Assembly (NCBI RefSeq): GCF_036365525.1
Contig: NC_090385.1
Location: forward strand, 18,705,803-18,769,802
Length of the DNA stretch: 64,000 nt
Direction: 5' to 3'
Source: Heterodontus francisci
Lineage: Eukaryota
Shown here one piece after another: positions 23,561 through 36,500 of this stretch. Below the pieces are notes generated by a model. The model saw only the letters and a program-made list of their open reading frames with translations, had not been told where the DNA came from and did not search any database. Positions within the stretch are counted from its first letter, which is position 1. Each line of letters begins with the position of its first letter. A program made the translations under genes and the position numbers.

Positions 23561-24756
23561 AAAAATTGACTGGACAAAGGTTTTAAATATCCCTCCTGAA
23601 ATTTTCTTCATGATTTTAAGATCGATCAGGAGATTTTTTTTCTTCTTCTGTTTGATAGGTGGCAGTTGCCTTACATTCAAAGAGATTAATTTTAAGTTCA
23701 GCCCCAGCAATAGTTTGTGGTGTTTGTTAGCATGCTACAGCCTGCCATAAAGGGAAAAGCCGGAGTAGCATAGAAAGGTGTTGCACCCTGGTGCAGCCAT
23801 CAAGCAGAGGAATGGCCAATTTACTTCCCGTTTGGCCTAGCCTGTGGGAGCATTATCCCCTCACATCTATCATAATGTCTTACATATGCCTCACTGTGCA
23901 CACCTTTCTATTTATGCTTTCCTTTAAACCCAGATAGGTTTCCTTCCCCCTTCCCATATCCATATCGGTTTTGGACTCCAATTTACATTCAGAAAAGCCA
24001 AATCGCATAGTGTTAGCCTTCACACTTATGCTAGCCTGTACAGATGGCTGCAGTGTGCACAGGTTCACTGGATGATTGGTGGAGATTTCGAATCCGTATT
24101 CAGCAGGCAGAATTAGCACTGCTATTCACCCAGAGTTAATTACATTTTGAGCAGTGAGCTTACGCATTGAGAGATGAGCTATAATAGCTACACTGTTTTT
24201 GCCAGCATGTATAAAAGGGGCATTTGCAACAGAGATTTTGCACTCACTTCTTACTCGTGCAGAAGTATAGCAGGAGGTTCTATGCTGGTGACTGCAGTTC
24301 TTGTAGTTGGGGAGTCCAGTAATTGGCTTTAGATGAAGAGACACTGAAGGGGTGGGGCGTGGAGTTTTCTGGTCAGTCTGGGATTTTCAGGAGGAATTTA
24401 ATGGCATTTTTTCCTTGGAGCAATTGTGTAGGGAGGTGGGCCCTTCGCTTGTTAAAGATCCAGCTTTCTGGACTTTGCAGGAGTGAGTTTTACCAGAAAT
24501 CGGTGTCAGGGTCCAGAGCAGTCACCTTTGGGAGCCATGCCTTGTCATTAGGTTTGGTCAGACCATAAACTTCCATTGCTGATGACAGGCGCGTTGGGCC
24601 GAAGGGCCTGTTTCTGTGCTGTAAAACTGACTATACATTTAGCTTACATGGAGTTTTCAGGGAGCGAGGGAGAAACCATTTCCTCTGGCAAGTTGGTCGG
24701 GAACAAGAGGCAAAAGCTCTAGAGAGGAAATGGGGAGAAATTTCTTCACACAAACT

Positions 24757-25500
24757 GGGCAGCATTTTATGCTCTCCCAAGTGGCGAGTTTGGTGAAGAG
24801 GAGGGCATTTAATCAGACAGGATGGTGGTGGGTGGGGACTCTGCCACCACCCTGATTAAGTCTGCTGTGGGAAGTCCATGGATGGCCTTCCTGCCCCGCT
24901 GCCAATTGAGGCCCTTTAGGAGCAATTAATGCCCAATTAAAAGCCTCCCCACCACTGCTGGTATTGTCCCAGTGGCTGGCAGACCTGTTGCCAGGTGAGG
25001 AGCACGACATGCAAACCTGTGTGGCGTTGCTTGGGTCTCTGGGGGTGGGTAGTGTCCCTCATTTCAAGGCACTAAGTGCCTGATCGAGGGACCCAGCCTT
25101 GGGAAGAGGGGGGGGGGGCATTGAGAGCCATGCCCCTGCAGTCAACCACCCCTGCCCCCCCCCGACACCCTCCTCTCTGTGACCCCCACCCTGCAAAACC
25201 CCTCATGCTATCACTTACCTCCACGATCCAGAGCCTCTGGTGGGTGTCATTCCAGCAGCAGCCACTGCCTCCTTGGTTGTGCTGTTGAGCAAAAGAGCTG
25301 CCAGCCTCCGATTGGCTGGTAGCTCAGTGGGAGGGACTTCTGCCCTTGGGGTCCTGATCCCAGGAAAGACCTGCCAGTAGACTTTTAATTGTCTGATTGG
25401 CTCGTCATTTGGCGAGCCATTCCCCAAAGGAGGCAACGTGGTCTCTCGCTGGCTCTGCAGCTAATGGCTGAAACCCCCGTCACCTCCATAAAATTCCCCA
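24757..25500. mobile_element. Putative MITE / non-autonomous DNA element
   Basis: Imperfect terminal inverted repeats gggcagcattttatg ... cataaaattcccc around a GC-rich non-coding body. Confidence 0.45.
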
Positions 25501-25755
25501 TAGGGTTGCCAAGATGTGGAACACACTACCTGAAAAGGATGGTGGAATCAGATTCTATAGGATCTTTAAAAGGCAACTGAATGTGCACTTGAGAAATTGG
25601 ACAGCTCTTTCAAAGAGCCAGCACAGGCTGAATGGCCTTTTTTCTGGGCTGTAAGATTCTATAACAGTCCAGAAATACTCAAATAAATAAAGGATACTGT
25701 TATAATTGCTAATATTTCAGGACGAAACAGAACTGCACACACCTTGTCATTGGTA

Positions 25756-25761
25756 TTTATT
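25756..25761 (-). terminator. Candidate UPF3B polyadenylation signal
   Basis: AATAAA on minus at the end of the unique sequence; an alternative lies at 25963-25968. Confidence 0.45.
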
Positions 25762-27399
25762 GATTGCAAGTGTTCAACACTGTTGAAAGTATAAACAATG
25801 CATGAAAAAAAAAACATAGCCTTGAGAATTAAAGTAGCAAAAAGTTTCCATTTTCTATTGAAGGAATCGTTTCAACAGTTCTTGGAATGTCCCAATAGCT
25901 TTGCAACCTTTCTGATGCTGCACAAAAAGTAAAGCCAACAGCGTTTGCTGCTCCAAGTTGCGTTTATTTTAAACTGTAACTATCTCTTAGACCCTGAAGG
26001 TATGTGCAATGACCACACGATGTTAAAAAAAAATAAAAGAACTAGGAACACTGCAAATCAGGGATCAAGAAACAGGCTCAATATTTACCTGCTTATTTTG
26101 CCACACATGATCCAAAACTAGTTACACACTGAGTAAATTGTCAAATAAAACTGGTTATGATTAAATTTCTTTTCTACCTTCTTCCATCAGCACTTCTCCC
26201 GCACCGCACCCGCCCCCCCCCCCCGCCCCCTACTGAATTTCAACTATTTTTCCTACTCCAGCATTAGACTGCCTTTCCAGTACCTTTGTTTAAAAGCGCG
26301 TGTGCACAATCACACAGCCTTTCCAGCCAACAGCAGGTTTCCATAACGCTAAACATCAACAAATGAAAGACTACAGCTCGCCATGATAGCAGCACCCTCT
26401 GCTGGATGGCCAGAGTGGCACTGCAGGAGACTTCCTAAGGCAATGAATGGTGCTGTGAGAAAAAGGGGGAGGGAGTTATGTTGAGAGCAAATTTTTGATG
26501 CATAAAAGGGACAAGTATGAATCATTTCCAACTATTTTCTGATAAGCTCTTATTTGCACTTTATATATGGCTGGATGATTGAGTACAATGAGTTAAAAGG
26601 AACTGGATTGCCACAGTGACAGGAAATGAACAAAGTTAGATTTTTCAAGATTTTCCCACAGGAATCACTTAGAATTTTAGTAAATAGATCTAATGGGTAT
26701 AAAAGAATAGAACTGAAGCATTACATAACCTCCACAGTCCCTTCAATATAAATTGCAACTGGTACTTTTTCCAAGTTCTTAGTTATAGACATGCCTAATC
26801 CTAAAATGCAGCCCCTATGACAAGTGTGAAAGAACAAATGCTATTCTCTGCCCGCTGCGCACCCCCCCACCCCACCCCACGAGCCTTTTCATACATTCCA
26901 CAAGTGAGACGATCAATAAGGCCACTGAGAATTTGGTCTCCCATACTATAATCTGTAATGGTGCAAACTTAACAACCCAGATAAGTTATTGTTAGCATTT
27001 GCTGGTATAATTCTGCTGTAGCTGACAGAACATTTCCTTTACTTGCCTCTTGCCTACTGAAGCAAATGATGGGATGTCATTAATATCATATCAAAGCTGT
27101 TGGCTAGTACATTTTCAAAGTCACTAGCACCTGTCTAGTAAGCGCAACATCTAATTTACATCCCAGTTAATCTCCAACTGCAATAATCTTGCACGTCAGT
27201 GCCCTGTCACAATCGTGATGGCAAAATGAAACCTCCATTCTTAAAATAGGGAAATTACCAGTTTCAAACATTTTATCTGACAAGCAAACCACACCAGCTT
27301 CGTTCTCTGAACTCCTCTCCAATAAGGACACTTTTGGACTTCCCCCACACTTGGTCGGTTTACCGCGACTGCTCAACCTTTGAACTAGCAGCAGCTTTT

Positions 27400-27567
27400 T
27401 CATTCTTCACTCTCCTTTTCTACAATATTCCTGGAAGCCTCAAATTCCTCTTGTTTCTCCTCACTTGTCTCTGGCGACTTTGTGCTACACTCACTAGACT
27501 TTGCGCATGTCATTAACCGGCTGCGGCTCCGTGCCCCTGGCTGGTACAGCTGCATAGTCGGGCGGTC
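27400..27567 (-). CDS. UPF3B: UPF3B coding exon 10 (last)
   Basis: ttccag|DRPTMQLYQPGARSRSRL...ESEE*. Confidence 0.93.
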   Translation of the reverse strand, partial: DRPTMQLYQPGARSRSRLMTCAKSSECSTKSPETSEEKQEEFEASRNIVEKESEE

Positions 27568-30500
27568 CTGGAAATAAAAACAAAAATGGATCATAAAAGA
27601 GCTGAAAATATCCAGAAGAATTACACTTTTGAAAGTTGGATTAAATGCCATCACATTTCATTATAATAAAATGTGTTTTCTTTATTAAAATTATGCACAG
27701 TGGCGCAGTGGTTAGCACCGCAGCCTCACAGCTCCAGCGACCCAGGTTCAATTCTGGGTACTGCCTGTGTGGAGTTTGCAAGTTCTCCCCGTGTCTGCAT
27801 GAGTTTCCTCCAGGTGCTCCGGTTTCCTCCCACATGCCAAAAGACTTGCAGGGTGATAGGTTAATTGACCATTATAAATTGCCCCTAGTATAGGTAGGTG
27901 GTAGGGAAATATAGGGACAGGTGGGGATGTGGTAGGAATATGGAATTAGTGTAGGATTAGTATAAATGGGTGGTTGATGGTCGGCACAGACTCGGTGGGC
28001 CGAAGGGCCTGTTTCAGTGCTGTATCTCTAAACTAAAAACTAAACATCACAAGCAATGCAATAAAATCTTCAGAGCAAAGTGCACAATTTATTACTATAT
28101 TCCAGTGTAATACACTTACAGATTTATCAGGCACACTGCAGAACAAGGCATCCAATAATGCAATAAAACCACTGACAACATATCAGTCTTAGGTTGGATA
28201 CACTCAGAGGCTAAGAGATATACCCTTAAAAGGTATTCCTCACTTTTGAAATGAAGTGGATATTGCACTGCCTTGGTTTCAATACTGCTGGGAAAAAAAC
28301 TTAGCTTTTTATTAGTAGCTATAAAATTAACCTAAACATACCAACACAGCTAGGAATTTTAATGCAATTAAGCTACCAATATTGTACTCAAGATTCACTT
28401 TCATGGAATTATTAGGAGCAGGGTTCAAGTATTTAATTAGCAAATGCATTACGTTCGTGATCGCTAAGAATGTCAACCTGCAGAAAAATACAAAGAAGAC
28501 AAAAAAAAAGCAATATTAAGAGATTTGAAGTATTAGGTGCCACTTTGATCAATGAAATCCAAGAGATTTAGGTGCACTACCATCAAAAGTGATGGCTGAG
28601 TATATTATATTTGTATCACAGGTGTTTTTATAGCAGTAGAAAGTGGTGTTAGTTTTACCAACATCTATTTGTTTCATTTACAAGAGTTTTTAAATGAAAC
28701 ATTCCAGTACCTTATTTCGGATTCGTTCCTTTTTTGCTGCACTATCCTCCTTCTTCTCCTCTTTTCCTTTGTCCAGCTTCTCAAAGCTTGGTGCAGTCTC
28801 TGAGCTTTCCTTCTTCCTGGCCTTTTCATTTGTTTCCTTCTTAATCTCTTCATCTTTTTTTCTAAAAGGTTTATCAGCCTCACATCGCTCCCTTGGCTTG
28901 CGCCGTTCTTCCTCCTGGCGTTTCTGACGCTCTTTCTCCTTCAGCCTTCTCTCCCGTTCCCTTTCCTCTTTTTCCCGGTAGTCTCTTCCACCATCGTCTT
29001 CAATCCTGTCGTGCCCAAACAAAGTAAAACGTACTCAAGGGTCGAAACAGAATTTTAAAAAAAATTGTTGTTTTGGAACATGGCAGATGCTGCCAAAGCT
29101 GCTAAATTGACCATTGCTTGTTGTCCCAAGAAGGAATGCACCTTAAATGAAGGTTTTAAACTGAATGGTTTTCAAGTATACTTCAGAGGGCATTAACAGT
29201 CAAACAGGTAGTACGACACTGGAGACACACATAGGCTACACTGGATAGGTGTACAGTTTTTCTTCAGTGAAGAACGTTAGTGAAGTAGTTGGATTTTTAC
29301 GACAATCTGGCAGTTTCTCATTCATCTTTTCCTGGTGCCAGCCAATAAATTAACTGATTTCAACAAATCTATTTCACAATTCATCTTGCAGTGAACTGCA
29401 TTTATTCACAGCTAATTGGTGCCAAGAGTGATAGTTTATATTCATCTGGGTTGCTAGAATAGGTGCACTGGTAAAATTGCACAGGCTAATTCCCACCAGT
29501 TCTTTTTAAACAGTGTTACAATTTGTGCTACTAGTTAACATGACTCATTACATGCAACCCAAATCTGTACCAAACACTCTTCACTTTGCTATCAACTGCG
29601 GCATAGTGTAGCACTCTCACCTCTAAGGCAGAAGGCTGTGGGTTAAAGTCCCACTCCAGTATAATACTGAGGGAATGCTGCACTGTCAGAGGTGCCATCT
29701 TTCAGATAAGTTAAACTGAGGCACTGGTTTCCCTCTTAGGTGCATATAAAAGATCCCAAGGTACTATTTGAATAAGAGCTGGGGAGTTCGTTCTGGTGTC
29801 CTAGTCAATTATCCCTCAAACAACACCCGTAAAACAGATTGAGAGAGCTATTCATGGGCCCTTTCTGTGTGCAAATGGGCTACCGTGTTTCCTACATTAC
29901 AACTTAACTTCAAAAGTACCTAATTGGCTATAAAGTGCTTTGGGACACCTTGAGGTCATGAAAGGTGCTACATAAATGCAAGTTCATTCATTCACAGTAC
30001 AAAGTCCACTTGAATCATACCTTATTGATCTGGATAAGGGTTTAGAGTAGTTACCAGATATCTGGTCCTTCTCCACCATCACACTCAGAAGTCTCACCAT
30101 AGATTGTTCCTTCAACAGACGACTAAATTTCATACAGCTCTGCAGTACTGCAGGTTAGTAGTCCAGACTGACAAGATACAAATATGTGTCCACAAATTCC
30201 AGCAAATACTTTTACACAGGAAAGAAGGAAGAAAGTATATACAAGCCCTGTCACTCACACCAACTCCTCATGAACACTTCAAAAGATGCTTTAGCAGGTG
30301 CTAGGGTATGCCCCCATTCTATGGCCTTTGCCTGGAATTGATGCAGAATACAGAGAAAGTTTGTATAATCATTTTCTCTTCTAATACATGTAGCTGACTG
30401 CTAATGAATAGACATCTTCAAAACATTGCCTAGAAAATGCCTAGAGTTATAGGGGAAGAAAAATACCAACACAAGTTTGGTCAGGATTGACCATGCAGCA

Positions 30501-33500
30501 CTTCTAAGCTTATACTGGGAAGAAACCAGTTCTTGAGCACTAGGTTCATGACCATATGAACTCAGAATGCACAATTACTTAGGGTTTACACCATCAAGTT
30601 CCTCCTTGATTGCAGTGTGCACGCAGACCAGTCCAACACCAATTTAGTACCATGGACGAAAGAATGTGCATGTTGAAACAAGCAACCAAATAATAAGACT
30701 GGAAAGGATACAAGCAGCTTAATTTATTCTCACTCACTTCTTTCCTTTATCTTCCTTGATGGCACTCTCCAGGCGTTTTCCCTGTCCAGTGAATGTTCTG
30801 TCCTCTTTAGCTCTTTCTCTCTCCAGTTTCTTTACTTTCTCCCTTGGCTTTTCTAAACTGGAGTCATCCCCTTTATCCGTCTTCTTCAGAAGCTATAAAA
30901 TTAGACATTTTGTAAACATTTTAAATAAAAAAGTAATTTTGTTAGAATATTGACAATTTGGTGTACCTTTATCTTTGGTTCATCCTTTGATCTGTCCTTG
31001 TCTTTGTCAAATCCTTTCTCTAGCATCTTCTTTTGCTTCTCTGCTTCTCTTCTTTTCCGCCTTTCATCCTCTCTCCATTTTCTCCTTTCTTCTTCTCGCA
31101 GTCGCCTCTTTTCCAGCTCTCTTCTCCTCCTTTCTTCTCTTTTTTCCTCTCTTATTCTCTGGTATTGTGAGGAGTGAGGGGCGAGAGAATTGTGACACAC
31201 AGGAGACAATTAAGGCTATATTTTGAATAAATGCAAAATTGTTTATCAAAAGACAGAACATGGGAAATCAAAGACAAAGTAGAAAGTCATTACCTGCTTA
31301 TTTTTCACATAGTCCAAAAGTGGTGTGGTTTTCTTAGCTGTTAATGGAAAAAACAATTTCATCCACTTACATCAACGTAAAAAAAATTTTGATAGCATTT
31401 TGTAGGAATTCAGACATAACACTGGGAAAAAAATACATTAAAATCAAATATCAAATAGGATATTCAGAAGAAACCTCTTTACCCAGAGAGTGGTGAGAAT
31501 ATGGAACTTGCTACCACAGGCAGTAGTTGAGGTGAAGAGTACAGGGGAAGTTAGAAAAGTATATAAGGGAGAAGGGAATAAAGGGTTATGCTGATAGAGG
31601 TAGATGAGGAAGGATGGGAGGCAGCGACTGGAGCACAAACACAACATGGACTGGTTGGACCAAATGGCTCGTTTCTATGCTGTACATTCTACGTAATATT
31701 ATACAGCATTTGGGGCAAACTGCAACTCAGAATACGACTCCATCGAGTCATGAATTGAAATTAGTGTAAAATTAACTAATGTAAATGAGCCAGCATGCAG
31801 AAAACATGGTGGGTCCACTTGTGCACGCATACTCAGGGTTGAATTTCTTAGGGGTAATGCATTTATTACCTAACATTGTTGCCTTGCGTGACTTGCTAGG
31901 ATGTTTCACAGGACATTACCAGTCAACTATTTAGTGTGGACTAGGGTCACACACCATCCCAGACTGTGGAGATGTAACAGACTCCCTTCCTTTAAGGGGA
32001 TTAGCGAACTAGTTGGGTTAAACAACCACCACCACAATCACCCAGCTGTTTCAATGTCATATTTTCTGGTGCTAGTCCAACAATTCATTGAATTTAATTC
32101 ATGGTAAGATCGGAATTCATAACCTTGCACATACTCGTCTAGCAACATATTCACTGGACTACTTTACCTGATTTTGAATTTCAACAAGGCCATGCAAATA
32201 TGTAGCAAAAAAAGGAATACAGTACAAAAACAGAAAATGGGAACTATGTTTTAAAATAATTTAAGTAGCATGCATGGAAGATGTTCAAGGTAAGGCCTGA
32301 TTATGCATGCGTGATAAAGACAGATGCACTTCTGCCTCAAAGGTTACACCAAACTTTTATAAGGCAGGTTAGAATGATGTGATCCAATGTGCACCTATAG
32401 CTCATCAAGGACACAGAGTCATAGAGTCGTACAGCATAGAAACAGGCTCTTCGGCCTACCGCGTCCATGCTGACCATAATGCCTATCTGTACTAATCCCA
32501 CCTGCCTGCATTAATTCCATATCCCTCTATGCCTTGCTCATTCAAGTACCTGTCCAGATGCCTCTCAAATGTTGCTACTGTTCTTGCCTCTACCACCTCC
32601 TCTGGCAGCTCATTCCAGATACCCACTATTCTTTGTGTGATAAATTTACCTCTCTGATCCCCTTTAAACCTCCTCCCTCTCACCTTAAATCTATGCCCTC
32701 TAGTTTTAGTCACCTACCATGGGAAACAGACTCTGGCTATCTACGCTTCTCATAATTTTACATACCTCTATCATGTCCCCTCTCAGCCTCCTTCACTCCA
32801 GGGAAAACAGACCCAGCCTATCCAATCTCTCTTTATAACTCAAGCCCTCCAAATCAGGCAACATCCTTGTGAATCTTTTCTGCACCCTCTCTAGCTTAAT
32901 CACATCTTTCCTGCAGTGCGGCGACCAGAACTGCACACAGTACTCCAAATGCGGCCTAATCAACGTTATGTACAACTGTAACATAACGTCCCAACTCTTG
33001 TATTCAGTGCCTCAGCCGATGAAGGCAGGCATGCCATACGCCTTCTTCACCACCCTGTCTACCTGTGTTGCCACTTTCAGGGAACTATGTACTTGCACCT
33101 CAACAACACTCCCCAGGGCCCTGCTATTCACTGTATATGTCCTACCCTGGTTTAACTTCCCAAAATGCATCACTTCGCACTTGTCTGCATTAAATTCTAT
33201 TTGCCAATCCCTTGCCCACTTTCCCAGTTTATCTATATCCTGTTGTAACCTTAGACAACATTCTTCACTGTCCACTATACCACCAATTTTGGTGTCATCT
33301 GCAAACTTACTAATCATGCCCCCCACATTCACATGCAAGTCATTAATATATATGACAAACAACAGAGGGCCCAGCACCGATCCCTGTGGCACACCACTGG
33401 TCATCGGTTTCCAATCTGAAAAACAACCCTCCATTACCATCCTCTGCGTCCTATCACCAAGCCAATTTTGTATCCAATTGGCGAGCTCATCCTGGATCCC

Positions 33501-36500
33501 ATGTGTTTGAACCTTCCGGACCAGCCTACCATGCGGGACCTTGTCCAAAGGCCTTGTTAAAGTCCATGTAGACAACGTCCATCGCCCTGCCCTCGTCAAT
33601 CCTCTTGGTCACCTCCTCAAAAAACTCAAATTCGTGAGACATGATTTCCCACGCACAAAGCCATGCTGACGATCCCTAATCAGACCTTGCCTTTCCAAAT
33701 GCATATAAATCCTGTCTCTCAGAATCCCTTCCAATAACTTTCCCGCTACTGATGTAAGGCTCACCAGCCTGTAGTTCCCTGGCTTATCCCTGCTGCCCTT
33801 CTTAAATAAAGGCACAACATTAGCTATCCTCCAGTTTTCTGGTACCTCACCCGTGACTAACAATGATACAAAAATCTCTGCCCGGGCCCCAGCAATCTCC
33901 TCCCTTGCTTCCCATAGCATCCCAGGATACACCTGGTCAGGCCCTGGGGATTTATCCACCTTAATGCGCTTCAAAACCTCCAATACCACCTCCTTTGTAA
34001 TATTGATATGCTCCAGGATATCGCTGTTTCCTCCCTTGAACTCACTAGCTTCCATGACCTTCTCCACGGTAAATACAGACGAGAAGTATTCGTTTAAGAC
34101 CTCGCCCATTTCCCGTGGCTCCACACATAGATTACCACACTGATCCTTAAGGGGACCTACTCTCTCCCTAGCTACTCTTTTACTCTCAATATACTTAGGA
34201 ATCTTTTAGGATCCTCCTTTATCTTATCTGCCAGGGAAATCTCATGGCCCCTTTTCACCCTCCTAATTTCCTTAAAGTGTACTCCTACATCCCCTACACT
34301 CCTCGAGGGACTCGCTTGATCCCAGCTGCCTGTAGCCGACATATGCCTCCTTCTGTGTCCTGACCAGACCCTCAATATCCCTCATCAACCAAGGTTCCCT
34401 AAACTTGCCAGCCTTGCCCTTCAATTTAACAGGAACATGCCAGCCCTGAACTCTTCCTATCTCACTTGTAAAAGTCGCTCACTTACCAGACGTCCCTTTA
34501 CCTGCAAACAGCCTCTCCCATTCAAATTTTGAGAGTTCCTGTCTGATGCCATCGAAATTAACCTTCCCCCAATTTAGGAATTCCACTTGAGGACCAGTCC
34601 TATCCTTTTCCGTAACTATCTTGAAGCTAATAGAGTTATGGTCACTGGTCCCAACGTGCTCCCCCACTGATACATCAACCACCTGCCCAGCCTCATTTCC
34701 TAAGAGGAGGTCGAGTGTAGCCCCTTCCCTAGTAGGGCCATCCACATACTGCTTCAGAAAACTATCCTGGACACACTTAACAAATTCTTCCCCATCTGAG
34801 CCCTTAGCACTAAGGCAGTCCCAGTCAATATTAGGGAAGTTAAAATCACCTACTATTACAACCCTATAATTCCTAAACCTGTGATTTCCCTACATATATA
34901 CTCCTCCAATTCCCTCTGACTATTGGAGGGCCCATAGTATAATCCCATCAAAGAGATCACCCCTTTCTTATTTCTAAGTTATGGCCTTGCTGGACGTTCC
35001 CCCCATGATATCCTCTCTAAGTACTGCCGTGATGTCCTCCTGAGTCAATAGTGCAACTCCCCCTCCTCTCTTACCTCCACCTCTGTCATGCCGGAAGCAT
35101 CGGTACCCCGGAACATTGAGCTGCCAGTCCTGCCCATCCTTCAACCACGTTTCCGTAATAGCTATAATATCACAATCCCATGTACCGATCCATGCTCTGA
35201 GTTCATCTGCCTTACTTGTAAGGCTTCTTGCATTAAAATAAATGCAGTTTAGCCTACCAGACCTTCCACGCTCCCTGTCCTGCCTGCCTACTGGACTTGC
35301 TTGCTTTAACCGCTACATTTGCCTCAACTATCTCATCGGAGACATCACAAACCAAGGAGGAAAATAGTTAACTTTAATTGACAAAAGGAAAAAAATCATG
35401 TCAATCAATGTAGGCCTACTTTAGGGATAAGAACATAATAGGAGCCAGAGTAGGTCATTCAGCCCCTCGACCCTGCTCTGTCATTTAATAAGATCGTGGT
35501 TGATCTGAATGTGGCCTTAACTCCACTTTCCTGCCTGACCCCCTGCACCCTCCCATAACCCTAGAGTTCCTTGTTGATCAAAAATCTGTCTAACTCAGCC
35601 TTGAATATATTCAATGACCCAGCCTCCGCTACTGTCTGCGGAAGAGAATTCCAAAGATTAACAACCCTCAGAGAATAATTTCATCAGTCATCGCCATCTT
35701 AAAAGAGAAACTCCTTATTTTGAAACTATGTCTCCTACTTCTACATTCCGCCATTAGGGGAAACATATTCTCAGCATCTACCCTGTCAAGGCCCGTCAGA
35801 ATCTTATATGTTTCAATATGATCTCCTCTCATTCTTCTAAACTCCAATCAGCATAGGCCCAACCTGCTCAACCTTTCCTCATAAGACAACCCCTTCATCT
35901 TAGGAATCAGCCTGGTGAATATTCTCTGAACTGCATCCAACGCAAGTATATTCCTCCTCAAGTAGGGAGACGAAAACTATACACAGTACTCTAGTTACAG
36001 TCTCACTAATGCCCTGTACAGTTGTAGCAAGACTTCCCTACCTTTATACTTCATCCCCCTTGCAATAAATGCCTACTTTTTCATTTGCCTTTCTGATTAA
36101 TTACTTGCTGTGCCTGCATGCTAACATTATGTGATTCATGTACAAGGACACCCAAATCCCTCTACCGATTATGATTATACTTAGAAACAATTACTAAAAT
36201 TTAATATAGGCAGTAAAAGATTTAGATTAAAGGGCACACAATTAAGATGAACTCTACAATAATTTATGGGATCAAATTCTGCAAATGTCATTTTTATCCG
36301 TGGACTATAACAGGTAAACAGATGTCAGCATGGAAAATGATCAGACTTATTAAAATAGCTCAATTTACCAGCTAACTCTTTAGTTTTGGCTTCAATTTCC
36401 TCCAGAAGCGTTTCAGGATTGTTTGAATTTTTTTCATCATCTGCATTATTATAACTCTCCAAAAACTTTTTATATTCAGGATCTGAGAAAAGAATACAGA

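Noticed and set aside
27699-27760. tRNA gene-like A/B boxes (also at 42205 and 23145)
   Set aside because: These are SINE heads followed by SINE bodies, with no full cloverleaf.
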